NCBI GenBank assembly: GCA_964270895.1 | Contig: OZ185435.1 | DNA length: 64,000 bases | Strand: one strand, 5' to 3' | Source of the DNA: Podarcis filfolensis | Taxonomy: Eukaryota | Shown: positions 48,296 through 61,178 of the stretch, one piece after another | How positions within the stretch are numbered: position 1 is the stretch's first letter | How the letters are laid out: each line of letters opens with the position of its first letter | Program-made: the position numbers and the translations under genes | Notes under the pieces: model-generated | What the model saw: the letters and a program-made list of their open reading frames with translations, nothing else | Told to the model about the DNA's origin: nothing | Databases searched by the model: none

Positions 48296-48612
48296 CTAGG
48301 GTAGAGACAACCGCAAGAAAAATTACACTGAACATGGATGAATTTGTATTCAATGCACACAGCGCCAGCTCTTTGGCCATGAAGAGTAGCTGCTTCTTCA
48401 GGGAAATCTTTGGGAAAAGAAGTGATACAGGAAAATAAGTACTGTATTAGTACTTAGAAAGGTAAGTACTATATTAGTTAGGAAAAAAAATGTGTGAAGA
48501 GCACCAAGGATTCTGTAAACAAACCAAAACCTAATTTCTTCTCTTTCATTTCCCTAATACACAAGAATACTGAAACACCTTAGCACAATACTAAGGCTAC
48601 AATCCTATAGGC

Positions 48613-48997
48613 CAGAGGGTTTCAACCTTTTTGAGTCCACGGCTCCCTGTGGGGAAACGCGCTCCGAGCCTCAGAACCCAATTATATCACCCCTTGCCTT
48701 CAGAGCCAGCAGCCCCTCACCACTTTTCGGACACCCTCCCTTGCAGAGTGTTCCCTCAGCCTCCTCTCCTCTTCTCTCCCCTGGCCAGCCCCAGAGGCAC
48801 CATTCGCCTGGGGAACTTGAAGCCAGGGCTGCTGCAATGAAGAGCCATGCAAGCCTTTGGAAGGCATTGATGCAAAAGGGCATCAGAGGAGGGAGGGAAG
48901 GAAGGAAAGAGGGACAGAGACCGGTATTGCCCATGGCACCCCTGACCATCATTCAAGATGCCCCATGGTGCCATGGCACACTGGTTAAAAACCACTG
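48613..48997. mobile_element. hAT non-autonomous element, 385 bp
   Basis: cagagggtttcaacc...ggttaaaaaccactg; TSD ctataggc / ctgtaggc. Confidence 0.8.
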
Positions 48998-49894
48998 CTG
49001 TAGGCATTTCCCTAGAAGTAAGTCCCACTGAACTCAGTAGGGCTTCCTTTTGAGCAGGTGCTTCCAGGACTGCACTCTAAATAAGATTAAAGTTGGACTG
49101 TGCACAGCACTCCAGCCAGGACCCCAGTTTATCATTATGTTCACATACTTAAAATCGCTAACTACAAGGGCAGCAATATTTAATTAGCTTAAATAACTAA
49201 TCAACTTCAGCTTTAGTTGAGGGCAAATTTTAAGATATCAAAATTAAGGACACAGTTATTTGTTTGTTTTTAGGCTGCTTGAATTATTTGCTTTACTGCA
49301 AGAAGGAATGGAAATGACAGATTTTAATGGTGGCCTTTCCTTTTAGCAATGAGTGATTATTAAATTAATACAATGAAGTTAACAAACATCTATTTTAGTC
49401 TTCCTTCAATATATCAAAAAGGCACCTGTTTTAAAGTTTCAGTAACATGAAATATGTTATTTACATCTTTATAATTTAAAAGCCAATGGATTAATCAATA
49501 AAAATCCTGCTATCACTCGACAGTTATTATCACAGAGATTAGTTATCCTGCAATACACCTCATCTACCTTTTTGTATACACAATAAAAGTAGCAAAAGTG
49601 AACGAAAAGAAAAAGATGAAGGCAAAACCAGGGTTCCTCTCTTTTCTTTCTGCCATACACACATAGAGGAGGAATGGATTCCACTTGAAGGAGAAGAGGG
49701 TTATCCTGAATATTTAAGGTCAGAGGTGGGCTGACTTCAGACCTACGCAGTCGACTTTTCTTTTTTTCCTTTTCTAGTAGTGGAGAAATATATGCTTAAT
49801 CTGCAGAAAAAAGGGTATTCAGCTAACTTGTTCTGTCAGCGCAAGGATTTCAACTTGAACAGTAGAACTTTCCTCCCTCTACATGCCCCTAAAT

Positions 49895-50102
49895 CAGGGG
49901 TCAGCAACCCGCGGCTCCGGAGCCGCATGTGGCTCTTTTACACCTTTGCCGCGGCTCCGGGGCGGATACTAGCGAGGGGAGGAGGCGCATTGTGTGCCCC
50001 GACACTCCCCACTGTTTTAAATGTCGCAATGGTTTTGCGGCTCCCAGGTTTTTTTTCCTCGGTCCAAGTGGCTCGTTTTGTCTTAAAGGTTGCAGACCCC
50101 TG
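49895..50102. mobile_element. hAT (Charlie/Buster-like) MITE, 208 bp, CpG-rich
   Basis: TIRs caggggtcagcaacc / ggttgcagacccctg (14/15); exact TSD ccctaaat. Confidence 0.92.
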
Positions 50103-50791
50103 CCCTAAATCTATTCTGAGGGCTCCCCTAACTTCCCAGAGCAGATTTGGGTACGGTACAGGGAACACCCAGGGAGAAGGGGGTGGGAGATCTGTTGTGC
50201 AAACAGAAATCATCGAGTAGATGAAAGTTAGTTAGTTTAACCTCCAGTGTGTTAGTAAAACTGAATTACTGTGTCGAGAAACGATGCATGTCTAAAAAGC
50301 GTGTCACCAACATAAAAAGTTTGGAAAGCTTTGCAATAGACATACTTTATGCCATAGAATCCCAACTACACATTCTTGCCCAAGTGCCCTGCTAGTTAAC
50401 GGTCCAATTATATTATTTCCAAGAATCTGAGCAAACCAGCAGCTACATAGTAGCTACATAGTACAGTACAAATTGGCCAATGATTGAAGGCTTGCTAGGG
50501 GCTCCTTGCACTAGTGCATACAGTGCATAAATAAAAAAAGCTAATCGTCTCATTCCTACTTCCAGAGGAAAACCCAACAGGGGACAATCACAAATAAGAA
50601 AACGAGTTATAAGCAGAAGTGACCATTAGAAGTAGCTGAGATTTATGAATGAAACTCAAAGGCCGATTTCATGAAATTGTTGCCGATGGTTTTGTTGTTT
50701 ATTGTATGCCACCCTGGGTGGGATATAACTATTCAAAATAAAATAATCAATTTAAAAGGACTTGGGACATCTTTTCCCTAAAAGCAGGCAT

Positions 50792-51055
50792 GGGGAGACG
50801 TGAGCCAGAGTGGTGTAGTGGTTAAGAGCGGTGGACTCGTAATCTGGTGAACTGGGTTCGCATCTCCGCTCCTCCACATGCAGCTGCTGGGTGACCTTGG
50901 GCTAGTCACACTTCTCTGAAGTCTCTCAGCCCCACTCACGTCACAGAGTGTTTGTTGTGGGGGAGGAAGGGAAAGGAGATTGTTAGCCGCTTTGAGACTC
51001 CTTAGGGTAGTGATAAAGTGGGATATCAAATCCAAACTCTTCTTATTCTTCTTAT
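50792..51055 (+). mobile_element. Squam3-type tRNA-derived SINE, near full length
   Basis: A-box tggtgtagtgg, B-box gggttcgcatctcc, CORE-like gggtgaccttggg, ttc/tta tail. Confidence 0.9.
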
Positions 51056-52743
51056 TTGAATCAGGACCACTGTACTGGGAGATGTGGAAATTGAAACTTT
51101 AGAAGGTGCCATTTCCCCATTTAAATTCCCACCTCCTAAAGCTCCAATTAGCCATAAAATTGGCTGGGAGGAGAAGAGAGACAGCATATTTGTGTTTTCC
51201 CTGCTTCAGGGTTTTTGGGTACAATAAGAAAAATGTTGCAGAGGGAAAGAGTTAACACTACCCGCCCCCCACAGCGCCAAATGATGTAGCTCTGATTCCT
51301 TCAGGTCTGACTCCTTCAGGTCCTTCAACTGATTTAAGCAAAAAAAGGGGGGTGTCATGAGATCCAATCATTTAGTTTAATGCTAAGAAAATTCCAAAAT
51401 GTTAAGGGGTTTATTGCAACATTGAAACTGATATGTTGCCCCTTCAGCTTCTAGCATGGATTAGCTAAAAGTGAAAATGTATATATTACAGACAACAGGT
51501 TACTGGATGAAATGAACTGCACCCCAAGATCCAAACAGGCAATTTGCTCACAGGTAACTTTGGTGCCAAGATCAGTTGAACTTTCAGGTATATTTTCAAA
51601 AACCAAAAAGGTTGACTTAAATAAACACTGAGGAAGAAGTTGCACATAACTACCATTCACACCAATTGTTAACTTCCGGGGGGGGGGGCGCGAACCATTA
51701 GTAATTGCAGTGTGAAATACATGAATTATCAGGAGATGACGATCAGCCACAGGCAGACAAACACAGACCATTACTTGCCTGTTTCATAAAATGTAGTAAT
51801 TCACAAAATAAATCCAATTAAGATAAGCACCTAGAGGACTGGAAACTGTAGTCTCCAGGGGGAGGTAAATCATAGCGATATAGGAATCTTTTTTTATATA
51901 GCAATCCTTTTAAAACTAAAAGAAAGTAGTAAGTTCTGCTGATGTTGTAACTTTTTAACAGTCAGTGCTCTCTCTTCCCTGTGGCAGTTTCTCAAAAGTG
52001 TGCAAGAAAGAAAACAGGAAGGAAGAATGAATGAAAACAAGTACAACAAGATTCTTGCAGAGGTTGCTGAAGAGAGCAGGATGACTGTGCATATCCAAGG
52101 AGGAAATGCAGATGATCCAACACTGTGAGCTCTCCTTTCACCAGCATCACCTTAAGGATTTTGCAGAGCTTTATTGCAAAAGTCTAGTGCAACAACTACA
52201 TTAGCCTCTCTTGGTCTCCCTAAACTTTCATGTCCTTAAAAAAAAAAAAATCTAATTATTCCCAGCAACTTTAGAAGATCAGAGCAATTTATTTTTGTCA
52301 AATGTGACTGAAGATTAATGGATACAATCAGGAATAATTTGGCAAAAACGTATCAAAACACAGAGAAAGCAGAATTTGTTAAGTGAAGCATCAAACTTAA
52401 TATGAGTGCAAATCCCGTGAATGAAGAGCAACAATACACAATTCATTAACCAAATGCCTATGATTATTTCACACTTCAGAAAACTACCAATACAATCAAA
52501 ATATATAGGAAGAAAAGGATAAATACAGATTAGTTCAGTGTTGTTTTCACATCTAGTTCTACCAACGTGGCCAAAAAGAAACATCCCCAAATCTTAAAAC
52601 ACATTGGGAAGCTTGATTTAAAATAAAATAAAATGTTTCAAGTGGTGGTTTTTGGGGGGAGGCGGGAAAAATTGCCTCTGTTTAAGGTTAATCTACTATA
52701 CTATCAGTAGGCTTAGATACCACACTTCCAGACTACCTGAGTA

Positions 52744-52969
52744 CAGTGGTACCTTGGGTTAAGTACTTAATTCGTTCCGAAGGTCCATTCTTAACCTGAA
52801 ACTGTTCTTAACCTGAAGCACCACTTTAGCTAATGGGGCCTCCCGCTGCCACCGCGCCACCGGAGCACGATTTCTGTTCTCATCCTGAAGCAAAGTTCTT
52901 AACCTGAAGCACTATTTCTGGGTTAGCGGAGTCTGTAACCTGAAGCGTATGTAACCTGAGGTACCACTG
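52744..52969 (+). mobile_element. Tigger/pogo-like MITE family A, 226 bp
   Basis: TA|cagtggtaccttgggtta ... taacctgaggtaccactg|TA; near-identical to 40043. Confidence 0.92.
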
Positions 52970-53719
52970 TATTGTGTTGGAATGTGCGCAGGTTGGCAGC
53001 AAAAGCCAGCACTAAGGACTTGTGGCTGAACCACCGACTTTTGTCAAAGGCAATTAATGATTCCTGTCAATAGACTAGTAGCAGGTGGCAACCAGAATTT
53101 TGTTTAATTCTCTTTTCTGGGGAAAAAAATGTTACTGGGTTGATCTTTGCAAGAGAAAATGAACCCATCAGCCCATTAGTGCAGCCGATGATCAGGGATA
53201 ACTGGTGCTGTAACTCAACAACATCTGGAGAACAAGTTCCCCACACCTGCTTCATAACCGAACTAACTCACCAATCTTATTATTTTCTGACCCTTTAATA
53301 ATGGGCACTTTGCTGCATCCTCCGCGTCTATGACATGCAGTTGTGGGGGTAACCAAGAAGTCATGGGCCCATTTTAAGTCCAGTCCCTGCGATGGTTGTG
53401 ACAGATCTATTCCTTGGGCCAAAGGCAGTATTTCAAAAGGACTTGGTTTAATTACAGACCATCCCATCCCAGGATTTACACCATGCCGGAAAGAACAGCG
53501 GTCTGCTAGTATCTGTAATGCAATTTCATTGGAAATGTATTTCACAAAGAATAAATAGAGTTGGGAAAAGAAGATGGCAGTTGGCAATTGCCAGTTGGGA
53601 GGTTATTCTGTTAGTTCTATCTTGAATGTAAAGGAGAGAAGTATGGGGATTTCATGCAGATGCTGTCTAGAGGAGTTTGCAAACACTTGTTCCTAGCCTG
53701 ACAAGTAAAGATTTATATT

Positions 53720-53884
53720 NNNNNNNNNNNNNNNNNNNNNNNNNNNNNNNNNNNNNNNNNNNNNNNNNNNNNNNNNNNNNNNNNNNNNNNNNNNNNNNNN
53801 NNNNNNNNNNNNNNNNNNNNNNNNNNNNNNNNNNNNNNNNNNNNNNNNNNNNNNNNNNNNNNNNNNNNNNNNNNNNNNNNNNNN
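53720..53884. other. Assembly gap (165 N), intronic, next to an L1 fragment
   Basis: Run of N. Confidence 1.
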
Positions 53885-53929
53885 TTTATACTTTAAAGCA
53901 CTCATTTTTACATCCTTAAGATATCAATG

Positions 53930-54250
53930 ACTTCCCTTTCCGTGGTTCATTTTACAAATCATAAATCCCTCCTTATTTTACAAAAACTATACCATTCAGC
54001 ATTCCATTATTATTGTATCCATCTAAACTTATTTTCACTGTTGAATTTAACTTAATGCTGCCAGCCTTTTCAGCCATCCACCATTATTTCCCAGATGTTC
54101 AATAAACATTTCCCAATCTTCTCTAAACGTATGTTCTTCTTGTTCTCTTATTCTCTTAAAGTCTGCAAGCTGCACATGTTCTGTCAACTTAAGTTCTTTG
54201 GTTGGGACCTTTTCCATTTTCGTAAGGCATATATTTTTATCACAACTAGC
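53930..54250 (-). mobile_element. L1 3' fragment, degraded
   Basis: EKVPTKE...RIREQEEHTFREDWEMFIEHL matches the ORF2 C-terminus of the other L1 pieces. Confidence 0.78.
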
Positions 54251-54497
54251 TAACACGGCCTACTTGTGGCTGGGGGGGGGGGAGAATCCGGGTCACGAAA
54301 CTCTACCTCGACTAAGCTTATTCTGCATGCAGATTATTATTTCCTCAAATTCCTGACTCCGAGTTTCCCACACCCTCTGACAACAACACCCTGACATTTG
54401 CTGGATGGCTTTAAGTACATTCAGAACACTTGTTCAGATCTCGGGGACAAACGGATGCCCATGCGTGGCACAGCTGACCTCGGTGTGCAGGACTCAC

Positions 54498-54669
54498 CTC
54501 TCGTAACAGCGTCTAAAGCACAACCGCTTCCTGTAGCACCTCCGCCTATGATAAGAATGTCAAATTCACAGGTTTCTCGCAGGGCCTCAAGCTGACTTTC
54601 TCTGGAGGGAAGGGTGCTGTGCATATGCAAGGGCCGACATTCCGAAGCTTCGACAGATGCTAGAGCACC
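54498..54669 (-). CDS. GPD2: GPD2 coding exon 2 (human exon 3): GALASVEASEC...EFDILIIGGGATGSGCALDAVTR, FAD-binding GxGxxG motif
   Basis: 172 nt; acceptor ttacctttgcag, donor AGAG|GTGAGT; Rossmann-fold motif. Confidence 0.97.
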
Positions 54670-54699
54670 CTGCAAAGGTAAGAAAGCAAAGTGGTCAAG

Positions 54700-54900
54700 A
54701 AAAGGCACAATGCTGGGATTTTAAACTGAAGCCGCTGGTTCAAATCCCTTGCGTACCACAAACTCACCAGGTAGTTTCTTGCAATCTACTACAGCCTCGG
54801 TCCTCTGCCAACAATACAGGTATAACATCACTAGGCTTGTCGTAATGACAGTTAAATTCAAGTGTGCATTTGTTTTGTACGCTTAAACAGTGCTATATAA
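54700..54900 (+). mobile_element. Ancient MIR/CORE-like SINE
   Basis: ggttcaaatccc B-box, ggcttgtcgtaatgac, aaacagtgctatataa tail. Confidence 0.55.
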
Positions 54901-55034
54901 TGCCGGGTGTTATTAATATTAATCTGAACTAACTGGGGGAATTAAGATTGTCAATCAGATTACTATAAATTTACGAAGGTTGTCCAGCATACTAACAGCG
55001 AGGCCACTCATATTTCACTTTTCAGATGCTGCTG

Positions 55035-55165
55035 TAATAATAATAATAATAATTTTATTATTCATAGCCCACCCATCTGGCTGTGTTTCCCCAGCCACTC
55101 TGGGAGGCTTCCAACAGAGTATTAAAATACAGTGGTCTGTTAAACATTAAAAGCTTCCCTAAACA
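55035..55165 (-). mobile_element. L2 3' tail fragment
   Basis: (taa)n ttttattattcatagcccacccatctggctg...ctctgggaggcttccaac. Confidence 0.65.
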
Positions 55166-56212
55166 TGTGTAAAATACACGTGTGATACCATCAATTAGAT
55201 TAGCGCATGCACGCTTTAATGGCCAGGCTTCCATAACCAGTTGTGATTTATTTTTTTAAGTCCTCATGAAATTTTCTCTTCACATACACATTATTGCAAA
55301 GCAATTTTCTCTAATATGATTCGTTTTTGTACAATTCACAAATATATGCATTTCTATGCATATTTTACCCTAGTATACACATTACTGGGCTTGAGATCTG
55401 TATTGCAAAATTCAGAGAAGTGTGAATTTTGAAAGATGGCTGTGTTTCAGTTCTCATACTGTTTCGTAAAGCGAGAACTAGATAGGGTCATCCTTAAATG
55501 TGAACTGAATTCCTCCCCCATCCCTATTATAAAACTTATTTTAATTCCTTTGAACTTTCCAAGCTCTTGTTTTCGGAGCGGGAGAGCAAACCATAACCGT
55601 CTCTTTCACAAAAAAGCAAGTGTGCTCCTGAAAAATCTGTTGGTCATATCCTACATTTTCATCACCTCCCTTATTCTGTTTATCTTGTAGTGATGAATAT
55701 GGGCCAATTTGAATTCCATTTTGCCACGCTTCCCCACAGAAGTAGAAGTAAAAAGGAAGGCATAGATCCTATTAAAATGTGCTCTACAATATATTTTCAT
55801 AAAGCTGACTTCATGTTTGGAAGCCACAGCATTAGTGGCTGTACGCCAAGCCAAAGACACGAGCAACTCCCAAAAAGTCACGACTGCGTTTTCAACTGTG
55901 TAGACTGAATATGATACCTTGGTACTTACTATCTGTACAGAAGATGATATTAAAAGGCAGACATGGGGGACAGGTGGCAAACCACATGCACATTTCAGCT
56001 GCTTTGAATCAATCCACTGACCAAGCTTCAACTCACATCCATGATACTCATGACATTTTTTATATTTTGCAATGTTATATTATTCACTTATGCAAACTCC
56101 TATTCTCTGCTTCTAGCCATGAAAGAGAACAGATGAAAGAAATCTGATGGGGGATGCAATATTTACCTGGAATTAAGTCTCATCAAATGCAATGTGACTC
56201 ACTTCTCAGTAA

Positions 56213-56242
56213 GTGTGTGCGTGTGTGTGTGTGTGTGTGTGT
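56213..56242. repeat. Interrupted (GT)n microsatellite
   Basis: Read directly. Confidence 0.9.
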
Positions 56243-56420
56243 TTCATCCTTCATCCAAGGATCACAGGGTTGTTTACAATATAAAAACACAAAATACATA
56301 ACATAGTAACAAACAAAAACAATACCCTGCCTCCACACACACAGTTTAAAAGGCCATAGATTGTTCAATTGGCCAAAGGCATAGTAGAAGAGGATTGTTT
56401 CTGCCTGGCACCTAAATCTA
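56243..56420 (-). mobile_element. L2 3' fragment (same subfamily as 15885)
   Basis: Reverse complement of the same tail (ttcatccaaggatcacagggttgtttacaat...tttaaaaggccata). Confidence 0.7.
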
Positions 56421-56429
56421 TATAACCAA

Positions 56430-56563
56430 ATCATAGAATCACAGAATTGTAGAGTTGGAAGGGACCACGAGGGTCATCAAGTCCAACCCTCTTCAATGCA
56501 GGAAACTTTTTCCCCAATGTGGGACTCAAACCCACCACCCTGAGATTAAGAGTCTCGTGTTAT
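56430..56563 (-). mobile_element. Short tRNA-head/CR1-tail SINE (second head type)
   Basis: atcatagaatcacagaattgtagagttggaaggg tail; gagattaagagtctc and gtgggactcaaaccc tRNA-like head. Confidence 0.7.
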
Positions 56564-56812
56564 CTGGGCAAGGAAGATGCTCCTGCATATTCTTTTGGAA
56601 CTGCAGCACCTGGGAATAGTAATGGGAGCCCACCCTACTTTTACAGGTGATGGATCACAGTATCATTTTTCTTTACATGCACCACAAATGAGCCCTGAAG
56701 AATATTTCCAAGACTAGGGGCTGGTTTAGTAACTATTAAATCCTCCATGCTGAATGTCACCCTGAGATGGGGTGGTATGGAGAAAATAGTGGAATGGACA
56801 TGGAAACCGCAG

Positions 56813-56957
56813 TCAGAATCAGGATCAGGATTGTAGAATTGGAAGGGACTGTAATGATCGTCTAGTCCAAACCCCTTGCAATGCAGGAATATGCAGCTGT
56901 CCCATATGGGAATAGAACCTGCAACCTTTAGCAGCATGCTCTAACCAACTGAGCTAA
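56813..56957 (-). mobile_element. Squam2-type SINE
   Basis: Reverse strand: tagctcagttggttagagcat head; ...tcccttccaattctacaatcctgat tail. Confidence 0.8.
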
Positions 56958-59900
56958 GCTGTGTAATGCTGAAGTCTTGCAGCAGAGATGTGCCTGAGTA
57001 CAAGGGCTCAGTTGTTTTGCCCACCATGATGTTTACCCATCGACACAGTAGCTCTGGCCAGGCATTATGCCTTTTATGGTGTTGCATCCCTGGGAATGAT
57101 TAGTGCATAAACCGGGCCAGGCTCTTAGCTCTTTAAAAAAAAAGGGGGGGGTTCATCCAGGCTTCTTCTAGACCCAACAACTAGCATGGGTTAAATGTGG
57201 AAAATCTTCCTGTTTCCATCTTACGAAATATCAGAGCATTCTATCCCAACATTATCCAGGCATATGGTATGAAACATCATTACCTTCAAAATAGGATGGT
57301 AGTCATGTAACCTAATCCCAAAATCTTGACAGGACAAACAATTTCCTGTTAACTACCTACTCACAACGGCTGCCCATGTCTACGTGCGACATCATCACAA
57401 AATCTCCTCTCTGCTAGCAGTATTTGGCTTCTCCTGTTACTTAAACCAGCCTAAAAATATATGGGAGAGAACTGCAGTAAATGGTAAATGAGGCAGAGCA
57501 AGTCCAGATTGCTCCCTATCTTAAGAGGGGTGGTAATTGTCTCCTTTGCCGTTGTACCGATGCATTACCACTTCCTGTGCCCTGAGCCAAAAATTAAGTT
57601 ATGCAACTTAACTGAATCTTTAGGATGTATGAAAATATAATAAGCTAGCCAAGCAGATTCATACCAAATCTTCTAATCGATCTGTGGAAGTTCACTCCTT
57701 CATTTCTGGAGTTCATTACTATTATTATTATTTTAAAGTGTTGATAAAAGCTTTTAAAAGCTTCATTTTCAAGTGAATACAGTGGCAACCGAACAATACC
57801 AAGCCCGAAAGAGATGGGTGACTGGCACACTTGCAGAAAGCAGCCTTGTTACAAAGGAAATGAGATGCGTCTAGGGGATGTACAGTACGATCTGTGTGCA
57901 TGCTAATTGAATTATGTCTTCTCTCGGTGCTGGGGAGCGTTGAAAAGACTCATTTAGAAAAAGCCAAGAGACCTCCTGCACCGGGTAGCCAATTAGAGCG
58001 CGTCTTGGGGCAACATCCCTTCTTGCATCTTGCAGGCACAGGGGTCTTTCGCCCTGTCATCTGCGTGATTGGCAGGCATTATTAAAAAGAGGACAGTTCG
58101 GCTGCCAGACATGCCCACAGCTTAGATATGTCAACACCGTAAATGGGCTGTCCTCCTTTGCGTCAATCCCCCCAGTTATATCCCACCTGCTGTCCTTTAT
58201 CGGGTGCATGTAGGCAATAGCTGTAAGGGGGACAGCACGGCACAATGGATGTGCAAGTTAGAATAATGTGGAAGCGTAAAAATCATATGCTGCTCTCTTG
58301 CCAGGCCCTTTGTCTCAAGCCTTCACAGACAATGTACAGGGTGGCTTTCCAGATTCAGTTGTTATGATGGAGACACGTGGGAGAGAGGAGGAAGAGAAAG
58401 TGTACCTTCTTTCCCCCTCCCTCTCTCACACCCATCCACACTTTCCACTCCCCTTTCTGGTGTTGCCACAGCTCTCATGCTCAGGGCAGAGGCCGCTGGC
58501 TGGAGAAGAGGGCAGACCAGCTCCACTGAGGCACTACCACCTCCTCAACAACCCTTCTGCTTGAGATAGGAACCTGTGGACCAATCTCATGGTGGCCTGG
58601 TTTGTGCAAATATGAGGGATCCCAGAGAGGAGCTCACAGTGTTAGAAACTCAGATATATAAGCTAGGCGCCAATGGCTCCTTAAAGCAGGGTTACATCGC
58701 CAAAATTGAATGGCCAGTTGCCGTTTGGGGACAAAAGGCTCGAAAGTCATAGCTTTCAATATGACTTTATGGTTCCCGAAATTCGTTCTGATTGTGCAGA
58801 TAAAATATAATGGGTAGAATTCTACAGGCTGTGCTGCTAGTGTGTGAAAACAGTAAAAATGCAAGGATCCCCAGGCATGTACCTCCAGATGGTGGAGATG
58901 TTAGGCGCCATGCTGGCCCCTGGGTGTCTGGCAAATTTCAAATGCCGGGAGCTCACAGTTGCTCTAGTCCTTTTTTGCTGCCATGCCATGCTGCACTGAG
59001 CTAAAGTTTGTCTTACCATGTCATTCAAAATGGGACTCACAGTTTAACTCTCTCATTACCAGCCTCGAGCTCTAATCAAGGACCACAGATCCTGGTTAGT
59101 GAGAACAGAAGACAACCACAAGCCCTGGATGAGACAACACGCTAAGAAAATTTTTGGCTTAGTTCACTGTAGTAGTAAACAAAAAATGGGAAAAAGCAAA
59201 TCTGCTACAAGAGACAATTTGGGTGGAATGCTGAAACAAATAACATTTACAGCATAGTTAAGGAGGTGCCTGAGTGTGCGCTAAGCCATAGTTAAGGTCA
59301 GTAAGCCAACAACAAACCATGGTTTGCATGGAACTGACAGAGAAACTTTCCACACACTAATATATCATGACTCCTGTATGGAGCTTCTCAGTAGCGTCTA
59401 CAATAGATAAGGAGCCCTTTGGATGGGTGTAGATTGATTTCATTGATGAAGTAACCAGTGCTTTTTTTCTAGAAAAATAGGCTCCAGTACTCACCATGAA
59501 GTTGTTACAGTAAGTGTTACACTTTTTAACACTAAAAAGAGGTCCCAGTACTGCGTGCCCTTGAGTACCCCCTTTCATAGCACTGAAAGTAACTATGAAG
59601 AAACAATCTCATCTCCAGCACATTTCCAAGAAGCCCTGGTTATGCAAATGAACCTCTAGACATAAACACATCAGCTGCTTCAACAACAACTGAATGATAA
59701 AAACAAATATAAAGCCATCCATCTACATAGTATTTTACAAAGAGTGAGAGGGCAGGTCCCTGCCACAAGGGAGGTACACTTTATAAGCCTGGAGCTCTTT
59801 GTATTATTTCCCCTTCTCCTTGCAGAATAAGGAAAAGGATAAGGTTTTCTCCAAGCCGCTATAGAAGAAACCCACTATGAATAAATGATATTTATTTAGA

Positions 59901-60150
59901 GTCAGTTATGCAAGTATAGAATGTTTCATAGAAGTACAAAGCACACAGAAGCACAGGCCTCCACAGACATGTTTTTAAAGAAGAAATGGGGATAAGAATA
60001 CACAAATGTGCACTTCACATTTGATGCACAGTTTGTATATTTTGTACTCTGGGAAATACAAAAAAAGACCTGAGAAAGAACTAAACTTGAAGTATGGAAA
60101 AAAATCAGGACAAATATATATTTTACCATTTCTAATAAAGGAATCTCAGA

Positions 60151-60362
60151 GTTGTATTCAGTGTAGAGCTACGGAGATCATTCCATCAGCATGAGCATTT
60201 CTGCTTGCTGGACTGAATGCTCTCCCCTCTCCTCCCATGGCCCACTGTTCTGGGGTTCTCCTGACCCTCTGGAACAGATTTGGGGACTGTGTGGGAAGAG
60301 GACAACAGGGAAATCCTGGTGCTTCAGTAGGAATCATTGTGTTGGCTTCCACTAATGCAACT
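60151..60362. repeat. Dispersed imperfect-palindrome repeat (copy 2)
   Basis: Colinear with 5075-5290. Confidence 0.75.
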
Positions 60363-61076
60363 ACTTAGCTGAGCACAGCCCTCAGTGTGAGAACTACAAG
60401 TAGAGAATGGAGGGCTGCAAGGTCAGAAAAGAGGCAGGTATTTAGTCCATTCTCAACTGAAGCTTCTCCCACTCTGCTTAACACAGCACCATCCCAGTAC
60501 AATGTGAGTAGTTTCACTCATTCATTCAACTTAGTAGCTGCTTGTCACCCAAAGGTTTTCAAGCGACTTACAGCGAAGGAAAATATACAATACATATTAC
60601 CATTCTAATACATTAACATTTCATGTAATGTAACATTCATTTGGGGGGGGGCATACCAGCTGTATAAATAGTCGAAAACAACAAATAATAAACAACTCAA
60701 AAGGATTTTCTGACCCATTAATTAGCAAATAAACAAAACCTTAATCTCCCCCAGTGCAAAAATCACTCACATCGAACCAACACCGCCCCCCCCGTTTAAT
60801 CTTCCCCTCCACCCAGAAGTCTGGTGTCAAGGCCAGCTGTTGCAAATCAGTGGTGGGTGGGTCCAGCGTCCTCCAGCAACTCTCCTCTCCCTTCAGGGGG
60901 AAGCAGGAAGATGATAAGAAAAGTTCTACCTGCTTTGCAGCTGACCCAGCTAATGCTCCTTCCCTGCTGCTGGTGGGGTGTGCTATTAGAACGAGGGAGC
61001 CACATATTTCAAAGGCTCCGTTTATAAACTTCTGCACAATTTTTTTAAAAAAATGCATCAATCAGTTTCTACTTAC

Positions 61077-61178
61077 ATGCTTGTTTCTATACTGAGAAAA
61101 CTGGGAGAGGCCAAACACAGTCGCTACAGCACCGCCTCCAATGAGGATAGTCCCTTTCACGACCCTCCGAAAAGCCAT
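61077..61178 (-). CDS. GPD2: GPD2 coding exon 1 (human exon 2): MAFRRVVKGTILIGGGAVATVFGLSQFSQYRNKH, N-terminal targeting/membrane segment
   Basis: Acceptor tttcttttcctag at 61188-61189, 9 nt of UTR (GATTAAAAA), ATG in strong Kozak context (A at -3, G at +4), 102 nt CDS, donor CAT|GTAAGT. Missed by the ORF track. Confidence 0.96.

Noticed and set aside
50801-50880. tRNA-like A/B boxes here and at 18964, 38929 and 56900
   Set aside because: They continue into SINE bodies, so they are not tRNA genes.
10582-52969. CRISPR-like or prokaryotic repeat arrays
   Set aside because: Repeats are dispersed TE copies in eukaryotic introns with no repeat-spacer periodicity.
58629-58959. 12-bp direct repeat ggagctcacagt flanking 307 bp (possible TSD)
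   Set aside because: No poly-A, TIR or second copy inside; about one such repeat is expected by chance in 64 kb.
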